Below, piece after piece: positions 17,322 to 25,551 of a DNA stretch of 64,000 nt. Below the pieces are notes generated by a model, which was given only the letters and a program-made list of their open reading frames with translations, had not been told where the DNA came from and did not search any database. Numbering within the stretch: position 1 is the stretch's first letter; the number at the start of each line of letters is the position of its first letter. Source of the stretch: an uncultured Candidatus Saccharibacteria bacterium (lineage in GTDB: Bacteria > Patescibacteriota > Minisyncoccia > Minisyncoccales > JANBVM01); the NCBI GenBank assembly GCA_964450805.1, contig CAYVDD010000001.1:70595-134594 (forward strand), written 5' to 3'. Position numbers and translations under genes: made by a program.

Positions 17322-17410
17322 AGAGTCCCCAAATCCCGAAGATTTTCCCTAATTTCTCTCCAATCAACGGTTCTGAACGCGTCCAACAAGGGGAGCCCGT
17401 AAAAATCGCC
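17322..17410. repeat. intergenic repeat family, copy D (with minus-strand 32-codon ORF 17291..17389)
   Basis: See copy B. The minus strand reads (L)LDAFRTVDWREIRENLRDLGTLIWCNNISIK from TTG 17389, aligning with the copy B peptide. Confidence 0.7.
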
Positions 17411-17426
17411 TTTTTTAAAATATGAT

Positions 17427-17454
17427 TTGATTGTTGAGATTTATATGTTATATT
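17427..17454 (+). promoter_or_regulatory. candidate promoter placing the transcription start at ATG 17461
   Basis: TTGATT, 16 nt, TATATT, then 6 nt to the ATG with no SD. Confidence 0.4.
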
Positions 17455-17460
17455 GTGTTT

Positions 17461-17709
17461 ATGTTCATTGTAAAAAAAGAAGCGAAAGAGGTAGGAGAAG
17501 TGTCTTGGTCGAAATATTGTGAAAAAGTAAAGAGTGGAGTGGCGAAGAATAATGAATTAAATGAATTAGAAGTTTACGATATATTAGCAAACTATATTAT
17601 TTTTTCTGGTATTTCTATTGAAGATAAAAGGAGGTTGATTGAAGAACTACCTAGCAATAATTATCTTGCCGAATTTGTGTCGCTACAATTGATCCAATTT
17701 GAAATTTAA
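17461..17709 (+). CDS. hypothetical small protein (82 aa from ATG 17461; track ORF starts at TTG 17431)
   Basis: Open frame with no recognisable motifs. The start is chosen from promoter geometry. Confidence 0.45.
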   Translation: MFIVKKEAKEVGEVSWSKYCEKVKSGVAKNNELNELEVYDILANYIIFSGISIEDKRRLIEELPSNNYLAEFVSLQLIQFEI

Positions 17710-17777
17710 TTTAACCTTTTTAACAAGGTTTTTTCTTTTACCTTTTCAAAAATAAAAGATTTTTATATAATAGACTA

Positions 17778-19079
17778 ATGTCTAAAAAGATATTTGATAT
17801 TATACCTCCAGAGAATATAGAGAAAGATAAAAAGCCAGTTGCTAAAACCTTTAAGAAAAAGATTTCTGAACAAGAAGCTGTTGAACAAATAAAGGAAAAG
17901 GCTGATATCGTAGCTGTTAGTGAGAAGATTGAAAAGAAAGGTTTTAAGGCTGGACGGGTTATTATTCCTATTTTTATAGCTTTGTTTATTTTTGTTGCCT
18001 TTCAAATTTCAAAGGCTGAAATTGAAATATGGCCTAAAACAGAATTAGTTAATCTTGAAACAGAATTAACAATTGATGTTAATGCTGATAAAATTGATTT
18101 ATCTTATAAGACTATTCCTGCCCAGGTTTTTGAAAGTCAAAAAGTTCTTTATGAGGAATTCCAGTCAACAGGTGAAACTTTGAAAAAAGCAGAAGGAGTA
18201 ATAAGACTTTATAATGAATATTCAACCAAATCTGAAACATGGCTTAAAGGAACCAGGTTTGTATCATCAGAAGGCAATCTTTTTAAGTCAAAAGACAAGA
18301 TTATTGTACCAGGGGCTGAGCTTAAAGATGGAAAACTTATTGCCAGATACGTTGATGTTCCTGTGATTGCTGCTGAACCAGGTGAAGAATATAATATTGA
18401 ACCAAGTTATTTTTCAATATATGTTTTCAGGGGAACGCCAAGATATACTAAATTCTACGGAGAATCTTTAAATCCAATGACAGGTGGTGGAGAGTATCCT
18501 CAGGTGACAGCTAAAGACTTAGAGTCAGCAGAAGAGATTTTAGTTCAAAAAACTGAAAGTGCTTCTGAACTTGCTCTGGAAAATAAAATCCCAGATGATT
18601 TAATTTTTTTAGAAGATATTTTAAAAACAGAAATTTTGGAAAAATTTTCTTTAACTAAAGAGGGAGATGAAGTAAAAGATTTTGATTTTAAAGTAAAAGC
18701 CAAATCAAAAACTCTTTTGTTTAAAGAAAAAGACATTAAAAATTATATTAAACAGCTCATTCTTTCCCAGGATTCCAGCAAAAAGTCATTTTACGAAGAA
18801 AGTTTAAAAATCAACTATACTCTTCAAACCATTGATTTTGATTCAGGCAAAGCACTTATTTCTTTAAGCGTTTCAGTTGAGGTTTATTCTGATATTAACT
18901 TTGACCTTCTTAAAAGAGAGCTAAGAGGTAAATCCTTGGCTGGAATAGCTGTGTTTTTAGAGAGCCAATCAGAAATTGAAAAAGCAGAAGTTGAACTCTG
19001 GCCTTTTTGGGTTAAAAGTGCGCCTAAAAATATTGAAAAAATTGATATTAATTACAGCTTCATAAACAGTTCAATCTAA
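17778..19079 (+). CDS. membrane-anchored hypothetical protein (433 aa)
   Basis: K-rich cytoplasmic N-terminus, a single TM segment (VIIPIFIALFIFVAFQI), and a large extracytoplasmic domain. Confidence 0.7.
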   Translation: MSKKIFDIIPPENIEKDKKPVAKTFKKKISEQEAVEQIKEKADIVAVSEKIEKKGFKAGRVIIPIFIALFIFVAFQISKAEIEIWPKTELVNLETELTIDVNADKIDLSYKTIPAQVFESQKVLYEEFQSTGETLKKAEGVIRLYNEYSTKSETWLKGTRFVSSEGNLFKSKDKIIVPGAELKDGKLIARYVDVPVIAAEPGEEYNIEPSYFSIYVFRGTPRYTKFYGESLNPMTGGGEYPQVTAKDLESAEEILVQKTESASELALENKIPDDLIFLEDILKTEILEKFSLTKEGDEVKDFDFKVKAKSKTLLFKEKDIKNYIKQLILSQDSSKKSFYEESLKINYTLQTIDFDSGKALISLSVSVEVYSDINFDLLKRELRGKSLAGIAVFLESQSEIEKAEVELWPFWVKSAPKNIEKIDINYSFINSSI

Positions 19080-19090
19080 AAAAAACAGGG

Positions 19091-19119
19091 TTGACCAAAA
19101 TACGAGTATTTGGTAAAGT
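19091..19119 (+). promoter_or_regulatory. sigma70-type promoter upstream of infA
   Basis: TTGACC, 17 nt, TAAAGT. It ends 12 nt before GTG 19132. Confidence 0.55.
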
Positions 19120-19131
19120 AATCAATTACCC

Positions 19132-19353
19132 GTGGAAGAAAAGAAAAATAAAATTAAAAAATTTGGAATAGTTATAAAGGCTCTGCCTAGTGCCAGCTTC
19201 AAAGTGAAATTAGAAGACGGTAAAGAAGCTTTGTGTCATTTAGCAGGAAAAATGAGAATGTACAGGATTAAGATTCTGCCTGGTGACAAAGTAACTGTGG
19301 AGCTGAGCCCTTACGATGAAAAGAGAGGAAGGATTGTCTATAGAAACCGCTGA
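19132..19353 (+). CDS. infA: translation initiation factor IF-1
   Basis: [60 protein letters not shown]; GTG start. Confidence 0.94.
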   Translation: MEEKKNKIKKFGIVIKALPSASFKVKLEDGKEALCHLAGKMRMYRIKILPGDKVTVELSPYDEKRGRIVYRNR

Positions 19354-19440
19354 CAAAAAAAAGTCAAAGAAACTAATAATCTTCTCGAATTTTCATTCGA
19401 GAATGTTTGTCATTTAAATAGATATATTAATTTAAATCAA

Positions 19441-19557
19441 ATGAAGGTAAAGTCATCAGTGAAAAAATTCTGCAAAGACTGCAAGGTTGTTAGAAGAAAG
19501 GGCCGGGTTTATATTATTTGTAAAAAGAATCCAAAACATAAACAACGTCAAGGATAA
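19441..19557 (+). CDS. rpmJ: 50S ribosomal protein bL36 (not in ORF track)
   Basis: Hand translation gives [38 protein letters not shown]. It sits in the conserved infA-rpmJ-rpsM position. Confidence 0.93.
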   Translation: MKVKSSVKKFCKDCKVVRRKGRVYIICKKNPKHKQRQG

Positions 19558-19619
19558 TTTAGACTATAGGTTTTTACGTCTATTTAAACCTAAATCTAAA
19601 TCCTTAAAAAATAGATAAG

Positions 19620-20009
19620 ATGCCAAGAATTGCAGGTATAAACATACCAGACCAAAAAAGAATAATTATTGCTTTAACCTATATTTACGGAATAGGTCGT
19701 TCTTTGAGTGAAAAGATATTAATAAGCGCAGGCATTAAACCCTCAACAAGAGCAAAAGACCTTAGTGCAAAGGAAATCAGTCGTTTAAAAGAGGTGATTG
19801 AAAAAAATTACAAAGTTGAGGGAGAAAAAAGAAGGGAAAAAATGGTCAATATTAAGAGATTAAAAGATATTGGATGCTGGAGAGGAATGAGGCATATAAG
19901 AGGTTTACCAGTAAGAGGCCAAAGAACAAGGACAAATACGCGCACAGTTAGAGGAAATGTCAGAAAAACAGTTGGTTCAGGCAGAAAAGCAGCTCCAGCA
20001 CCAAAGTAA
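19620..20009 (+). CDS. rpsM: 30S ribosomal protein uS13
   Basis: [27 protein letters not shown]-terminus. Confidence 0.96.
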   Translation: MPRIAGINIPDQKRIIIALTYIYGIGRSLSEKILISAGIKPSTRAKDLSAKEISRLKEVIEKNYKVEGEKRREKMVNIKRLKDIGCWRGMRHIRGLPVRGQRTRTNTRTVRGNVRKTVGSGRKAAPAPK

Positions 20010-20044
20010 TATAAAGCAGCATGCAAAATGCTTGATGTAAAATC

Positions 20045-20497
20045 ATGGGTAAGAAACGTGTAATAAAAAAAAGCAAAGAGGAATTATTAAAAGAAAGAGA
20101 TAAAATAGAAGCAGCAGTCAGAAAAGATGTTCAAATTAAAACTGCTCAAAAAGTTAGAGAAGCTAGACTTTATGTTTTTTCTTCATATAATAATACTATT
20201 TTAACTTTAACTGATCCTTCAGGACATGCTCTTTATTGGACTTCTGCAGGCCGGCTTGGTTTTAAAGGAACAAAAAAAGGAACTCCTTTTGCTGCTTCCA
20301 AGGTAGCAGAAACAATGGTATATGCGATTTATAAGTTAAAGATAAACAGAGTCAGAGTTTTTGTTAAAGGCGTTGGGTCTGGTAGAGAGTCAGCGATTAG
20401 GAGTTTAGCTGGCAGGAATTTTGATGTTGTTTCTATTAAAGATGTAACTCCTATTCCTCACAATGGTTGCAGGCCAAAGAAACCAAGAAGGGTATAG
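20045..20497 (+). CDS. rpsK: 30S ribosomal protein uS11 with N-terminal extension
   Basis: ARLYVFSSYNNTILTLTDPSGHAL...GFKGTKKGTPFAA...PIPHNGCRPKKPRRV. Confidence 0.95.
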   Translation: MGKKRVIKKSKEELLKERDKIEAAVRKDVQIKTAQKVREARLYVFSSYNNTILTLTDPSGHALYWTSAGRLGFKGTKKGTPFAASKVAETMVYAIYKLKINRVRVFVKGVGSGRESAIRSLAGRNFDVVSIKDVTPIPHNGCRPKKPRRV

Positions 20498-20502
20498 TTT
20501 TT

Positions 20503-21132
20503 ATGAAAAAAGTAGTTTGTAAAATTTGCAGAAGAGCAGGGGAAAAGCTTTTTTTAAAAGGTGAACGTTGTTTTTCTCCAAAATGTTCGATGATAAGAAG
20601 GCCTTATGCTCCTGGTCAAAAAAGCAAGAAAAGGAGACGTCCTCTTTCTGAATATGGTAAAGAATTAAAAGAAAAACAAAAACTTAAAAATTGGTATAAT
20701 TTAAAAGAAAAACAATTTAAAAACTACGTTAAAGTCTTGTTGGCTAAAAAAGGAAAAATGGAAGAGGCACCTTTGCTTTTAATTAAAACTCTGGAATCCA
20801 GGATGGATAATATAGTGTTTCGTTCAGGTTTTGTTTTATCAAGAAGAAAGGCGAGAAACTTGGTGTCGCACAGTTATTTTCTGGTTAATGGAAGAACAAC
20901 AAATATTCCTTCTCGTCAACTTAAAAAAGGAGACGTTGTTTCTTTAAAACCTCAAAAATTAAAAAAGAATATTATTAAGGAATTCAAACAATTAATGAAA
21001 AAGCAAAAAGTGCCAAGTTGGCTAAAATTGAACAAAGAAAAATTAGAAGTAAAAGTAATTGGTGAACCAACTTTAGAAGAAGTGGCTCCACCAGTAGATA
21101 TATTATCAATATTCGAGTTTTATTCGAGATAA
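20503..21132 (+). CDS. rpsD: 30S ribosomal protein uS4
   Basis: ATG 20503 gives MKKVVCKICRRAGEKLFLKGERC (the track ORF starts 36 nt earlier). An S4 domain is present. Confidence 0.94.
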   Translation: MKKVVCKICRRAGEKLFLKGERCFSPKCSMIRRPYAPGQKSKKRRRPLSEYGKELKEKQKLKNWYNLKEKQFKNYVKVLLAKKGKMEEAPLLLIKTLESRMDNIVFRSGFVLSRRKARNLVSHSYFLVNGRTTNIPSRQLKKGDVVSLKPQKLKKNIIKEFKQLMKKQKVPSWLKLNKEKLEVKVIGEPTLEEVAPPVDILSIFEFYSR

Positions 21133-21210
21133 CATTAGCTTGTTTGATGTGTTGGAATAATAAATTAGATATTCTAATATTTCAATACTTCTGCATTCTA
21201 ATAAATATAT

Positions 21211-22008
21211 ATGATTCCACTACCGCCTAAAATAAAGATTATTAAGAGACAAAAAAACAAAGCTATATTTGAAATAGAGGCTCTTTATCCTGGTTATGGA
21301 ATAACAATTGGCAATTCTCTAAGAAGGGTGCTTCTTTCTTCTTTGAGCGGAGCTGCGATTACTCAAGTGAAAATTAAGAATGTTTCTCACGAATTTTCGA
21401 CAATTCCAGGCGTTTTAGAAGATGTTGTTAATATCATGCTTAATTTGAAGCAGATTAGGTTTAAAATTTTATCTGAAGAGCCTCAAAAAGCTGTTTTAAA
21501 AGTAAAAGGTAAAAAAGATGTGAAAGGCTCTGATTTTAAACTGCCAAGTCAATTAGAGTTAATTAATAAAGATTGTCATATTGCAACTTTAACAGAAAGT
21601 AAATCAGACCTGGAAATGGAAATTAAAGTTGAAAAAGGAATAGGCTATGTACCAAGAGAATTGAAGAAAAAAGAAAAACAGGAAATCGGAACCATTGCTT
21701 TGGATGCAATCTTTACGCCAGTCAAAAGAGTTTCTATCAGAGTAGAAAACATGAGGGTTGGCGAAAGAACAGATTTTGACAGGTTGTTTTTGGAAATAGA
21801 AACTGATGGAACAATTTCTTCAGAAGATGCGTTTTCACAGGCTTCAGAAATCTTATTCAAACATTTTGATTTGTTCTCTAGATCTTTTGTTACTGTTAAA
21901 GATAAAAAAGTGCAAGAATTAAAAGAACAGGATAAAGAAAAAACCAGTAAAAAGGAAAAGAAAGTAGAAAAAAAAGATGAAAAAAAGAAAAAAAGGAAGA
22001 AAGCTTAA
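21211..22008 (+). CDS. rpoA: DNA-directed RNA polymerase alpha subunit, N-terminal domain only plus K/E-rich tail
   Basis: GITIGNSLRRVLLSSLSGAAIT..HEFSTIPGVLEDV is the alpha-NTD. The protein ends at 265 aa with KDKKVQELKEQDKEKTSKKEKKVEKKDEKKKKRKKA. Confidence 0.92.
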   Translation: MIPLPPKIKIIKRQKNKAIFEIEALYPGYGITIGNSLRRVLLSSLSGAAITQVKIKNVSHEFSTIPGVLEDVVNIMLNLKQIRFKILSEEPQKAVLKVKGKKDVKGSDFKLPSQLELINKDCHIATLTESKSDLEMEIKVEKGIGYVPRELKKKEKQEIGTIALDAIFTPVKRVSIRVENMRVGERTDFDRLFLEIETDGTISSEDAFSQASEILFKHFDLFSRSFVTVKDKKVQELKEQDKEKTSKKEKKVEKKDEKKKKRKKA

Positions 22009-22327
22009 TAGAGAGAGTAGTCAAAGAAAAGCTCTTTTAAGGTCTTTAGCTAGAGAGCTTTTTTTAAGAGGAAAGATTAAAACTACTTTAGCCAAGGCTA
22101 AAGAGGTTTCAGTTTTTGCCCAAAAGCAAATCACTAAAGCAAAGAGTGCCAGTCTCAGTTCTAGAAGGCTTTTAGCTAGAAATTTTTCAAGAGATATAGT
22201 AAAAAAAATAATTGATGAAATTGCTCCAAAGTATAAGCAGAGAAAAGGCGGCTATACAAGAGTTATTAAGCTTGGGCCAAGGAAATCAGACGGGGCAAAA
22301 ATGGCAATAATAGAATTAGTTAAATGA
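21977..22327 (+). CDS. rplQ: 50S ribosomal protein bL17
   Basis: KKGRKLNRESSQRKALLRSLA; overlaps the rpoA tail by 32 nt. Confidence 0.94.
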   Translation: MKKRKKGRKLNRESSQRKALLRSLARELFLRGKIKTTLAKAKEVSVFAQKQITKAKSASLSSRRLLARNFSRDIVKKIIDEIAPKYKQRKGGYTRVIKLGPRKSDGAKMAIIELVK

Positions 22328-22686
22328 TTATACAACGTAAAACCCATACAATTGATGCAACAGATCAATCATTAGGAAGGCTGGCAACCAGGATTGTTTT
22401 ATTTTTGCGTGGAAAACAAAAACCAGATTTTTTTCCTCATAAAGACATGGGTGATTTTGTTATTGTTAAAAATATTTCAAAAATGAAAATTACTGGCAGA
22501 AAAATGGAGCAGAAGAAATATTATAGGCACTCAGGTTATATGGGTGGATTAAAAGAAACTTCTTTGAAAAAACTTTTTAAAGAAAAGCCTGATGAGGTTT
22601 TAAAAAAAGCTGTTTCAGGAATGCTTCCAAAAAACAAACTAAGAGTTAATCAGTTAAAAAGATTGAAATTTGAAAAAAATGATTAA
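22324..22686 (+). CDS. rplM: 50S ribosomal protein uL13
   Basis: IDATDQSLGRLATRIVLFLRGKQKP...YYRHSGYMGGLKE. Confidence 0.94.
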   Translation: MIIQRKTHTIDATDQSLGRLATRIVLFLRGKQKPDFFPHKDMGDFVIVKNISKMKITGRKMEQKKYYRHSGYMGGLKETSLKKLFKEKPDEVLKKAVSGMLPKNKLRVNQLKRLKFEKND

Positions 22687-22694
22687 TTAATATT

Positions 22695-23231
22695 ATGCCT
22701 AAAGCTAAAAAAACAAAAGTTAAAAAGGAAAAAAAGGCTGGGAAAAAGAGAAAGTCAACAAAAAAGAAAGTTAAAAAAGAAGCCAAGAAGAAGATAGATA
22801 AAGGAGTTAAGAAAAAAACAGAAAAAGAGGAAACTGCTGAAACCAAGTATTATGAGACAGTTGGAAGAAGAAAAAGAGCAGTGGCCAGAGTTAGAATTTT
22901 TACAAAAGGAAAAAGAGATTTTTTAATTAATAACAAGCCTTTTAAAGAATATTTTCCAAGCCACGAACTTCAAAAAACAGCCTCAGCTTCTCTGGAGAAA
23001 ATGAAGTGTCTTGATAAATTCAATGTTTCTGTTGTTGTAAGAGGAGGTGGATTAAATGCTCAATCTGAGGCAGTGCGTCATGGGATAGCAAGAGCTTTAA
23101 TGCTTTTTAATCCTGATTTCAGGAAAAGATTAAAAAAAGCAGGATTTTTAAAAAGAGACTCAAGAATGAGAGAGAGAAAGAAGCCAGGTTTGAAGAGGGC
23201 AAGACGAGCGCCTCAGTGGAAGAAGAGATAG
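22695..23231 (+). CDS. rpsI: 30S ribosomal protein uS9 with ~50-aa K-rich N-terminal extension
   Basis: GRRKRAVARVRI...VVVRGGGLNAQSEAVRHGIARAL...RARRAPQWKKR. Confidence 0.94.
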   Translation: MPKAKKTKVKKEKKAGKKRKSTKKKVKKEAKKKIDKGVKKKTEKEETAETKYYETVGRRKRAVARVRIFTKGKRDFLINNKPFKEYFPSHELQKTASASLEKMKCLDKFNVSVVVRGGGLNAQSEAVRHGIARALMLFNPDFRKRLKKAGFLKRDSRMRERKKPGLKRARRAPQWKKR

Positions 23232-23268
23232 CTAATATAATTAAAGGAAATGAAAATTTAAAACAAAA

Positions 23269-23294
23269 ACTGTCTGATAATATAGGCAGTTTTT
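23269..23294 (+). terminator. intrinsic terminator after rpsI
   Basis: ACTGTCT-(8 nt)-AGGCAGT + TTTTT. Confidence 0.75.
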
Positions 23295-23383
23295 AATTTA
23301 TTTCTTTTATTCTTTATGAATTCTTTTTTGAAGTTTCTAATTTTTAGGAAACTCAAAAAAAAATAGAATAGAAGAAGAAAAAA

Positions 23384-23680
23384 TTATTTGTTTTTTATCT
23401 TTTTTTCATATCTTTTTTCCTCGTTTTTTAAAAAGGCGAGGTGATTGTTTAGAATCTGGAGAGCTTTTTTTCTCTCCTCTTTTTCCAATGCACTAAAAGA
23501 AGGGGTTTTTTTAATTTCTTCTAATGCTTTCTTTATATGGGCGATTTCTTTTTTTATCGTTTTTAAATATTCCACTTCTTCTTTTAAATGTTCTGTTTCC
23601 GACATATATTTATTAAACAAAATGAAACCAAATATGTCAACATATACTTTTGCTTTTGAATAAAACCTAAAATTTGACAA
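23384..23680 (-). CDS. hypothetical coiled-coil protein (start uncertain; internal Met gives ~72 aa)
   Basis: Charged heptad-like sequence EHLKEEVEYLKTIKKEIAHIKKALEEIKK. No recognisable family. Confidence 0.45.
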   Translation of the reverse strand: MSNFRFYSKAKVYVDIFGFILFNKYMSETEHLKEEVEYLKTIKKEIAHIKKALEEIKKTPSFSALEKEERKKALQILNNHLAFLKNEEKRYEKKIKNK

Positions 23681-23765
23681 AATAAGTGTGATAGATATAT
23701 ACTTAAATTACTTTCTGTAGGAACTCAGAAGGAGGTCGGTAAATTTAATAATTTTTTCAAAAAAC

Positions 23766-24074
23766 ATGACAAACAAAGTTTATGTAGGAAACCTTTCTTT
23801 TAGCACTACTGAAAATGTTTTAAAAGATTTGTTTTCCCAGGCTGGAGCAGTGGAATCTGTTTCTATTATAATGGATAAATTCTCTGGCAGGTCAAAAGGA
23901 TTTGGATTTGTGGAATTTTCTTCAGAAGAAGAAGCGAAAAAAGCAATAGAAATGTTTAACGGAAAAGAATTGGAAGGAAGAAATATTGTTGTAAACGAAG
24001 CCAAACCAATGGAAAAAAAGCCTTTCAGGAAATTCTCTGGTAATGACAGGGGATTTGATAAAAAAAATTTTTAA
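23766..24074 (+). CDS. RRM-type RNA-binding protein
   Basis: RNP2 VYVGNL and RNP1 KGFGFVEF. Confidence 0.92.
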   Translation: MTNKVYVGNLSFSTTENVLKDLFSQAGAVESVSIIMDKFSGRSKGFGFVEFSSEEEAKKAIEMFNGKELEGRNIVVNEAKPMEKKPFRKFSGNDRGFDKKNF

Positions 24075-24104
24075 GAAAAGACTGGAAATCTAAACAAAGA
24101 ACCT

Positions 24105-24136
24105 AAAAACAGGACAGGTTAAGACTGTCCTGTTTT
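24105..24136. terminator. bidirectional intrinsic terminator between convergent genes
   Basis: A 10-bp stem AACAGGACAG/CTGTCCTGTT flanked by an A-run and a T-run. Confidence 0.8.
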
Positions 24137-24156
24137 CTTAAAGAGCGGGTTAGCAG

Positions 24157-25431
24157 TTATAATATGATTTTTTCAGAAACAAATAAATTTCCTCTATCTA
24201 ATAGATAGAATTTCCTTGCTTTAATATTTAAAAAAACTTGAGGATTTTCAACCATCATCATATCAATGATATTTATTCTGTCCCTGTTGTCAATTTCAGT
24301 AATTTTTAAAGCATTGTCAGTGATTAAAACCAAATAATTATTATTTATCCAATATATATCCCTTATATTTTCTGAAAGCCTGGCCAGAAAAATAGTTTCT
24401 TTAGCTTGTACTCTTGGTTGATGTGTTTGCTCTTCTAAAAAGAAAATCTTTATTTCTGAACTAGAAAGATATGCAATTTTATGTTTATCAGGAGAGATTT
24501 TTAGAAAACTTGTGTCTTCAGAGAATTTCTCAAATATTTCTTTATCCTGATTTAAAAGATAAAGGGTTTTTTCTTCCTGCAAGAAAATTGTTCTGTTAAA
24601 TATATACAGCTTATATTCAGTTTCCTGTTTTACATTAAAGGGTTTATTTGTGATTTTTTCCTTTGATGATAAAGATTCATTAGTTTTATAAACATAGCCT
24701 GAATTATCAAGATAATATATATATCCATTCACAATTTCATAAGTCAGGCTATTTTCAATAAGAGGCTGGGGTGCTTTTGCTTTTGTTAAGAACAAAGGAA
24801 CTTTATCAATATCAATCTTAAAATAATTGATTTGTTCTTTAATTGCAGTCTGAATAAAGAGGTTATTATTGTCAGTAAACTTTAAATCAATCAGCTCAGC
24901 AGCATCTTTATCAAAATCAGTTTCTTTTAAAAGATGACTTTTTACGTTTTTTTCCAGGTTATATGATTTAAGATTCCAGGTGTTTTTATCCTCTTCTTTT
25001 ATTACAGCTCTTTTTTTGTCTTTTGAAAACCAAATATCTTTAACACCAGTGCTTATAAGTTCAAGGCTCGGGTCTTTTGGAAAAAGAACAATGTTTTTGG
25101 CTTCGACAACCTGTTTTTCTTTTACTTCCAGGTTTTTCTCCCAAGTATAATAGTTTTGTTTCTGCACCTTAATATTGTATGTTTTGGGCAGCAGATTTTC
25201 AATTAAAGTGGAACTGAAGAAAAAGTCTGTTTTTGCAGCTAGGTTGTCGTCTAAATAAACCTCTACTTGTTTTGGGTTTATTGTCTTAATAAAAAGACCA
25301 CCTGTTTGAGTCAGTTTTTTGTTCTTAAAATCAATCCTATAACCCTGTACATAAAGGGTTAATATCGGAGCAACTGCTACAAAAATAGAGAAAAAAATCA
25401 AAAATAAAATCCTTCTGGTTATTTTTTTCAT
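24157..25431 (-). CDS. membrane-anchored protein with PEGA-like domain and repeat-rich C-terminal region
   Basis: An N-terminal TM segment is followed by VEVYLDDNLAAKTD...YNIKVQKQNYYTWEKNLEV, which resembles a PEGA fold. Divergent from mreB. Confidence 0.55.
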   Translation of the reverse strand: MKKITRRILFLIFFSIFVAVAPILTLYVQGYRIDFKNKKLTQTGGLFIKTINPKQVEVYLDDNLAAKTDFFFSSTLIENLLPKTYNIKVQKQNYYTWEKNLEVKEKQVVEAKNIVLFPKDPSLELISTGVKDIWFSKDKKRAVIKEEDKNTWNLKSYNLEKNVKSHLLKETDFDKDAAELIDLKFTDNNNLFIQTAIKEQINYFKIDIDKVPLFLTKAKAPQPLIENSLTYEIVNGYIYYLDNSGYVYKTNESLSSKEKITNKPFNVKQETEYKLYIFNRTIFLQEEKTLYLLNQDKEIFEKFSEDTSFLKISPDKHKIAYLSSSEIKIFFLEEQTHQPRVQAKETIFLARLSENIRDIYWINNNYLVLITDNALKITEIDNRDRINIIDMMMVENPQVFLNIKARKFYLLDRGNLFVSEKIIL

Positions 25432-25551
25432 TGTTAATATTATTAGTTATATTCTGTTTAAATGCAAGTTTTTTTAAGCAGTTCAAGTTTGCAAAATTTA
25501 GCAGTTTAACTTATACTAAAACTGAAACTTAGAGTATTTATTTTTTAAAAT

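Noticed and set aside
17322-17345. A possible second att half-site: ATAAGAGTCCCCAAATCCCGAAG resembles ATAAGTTCGAGTCCTACCTCCGGAG at 14729-14753.
   Set aside because: The similarity needs a 4-nt gap and several mismatches. It is short enough to arise by chance in this composition and is not sufficient to define island ends.
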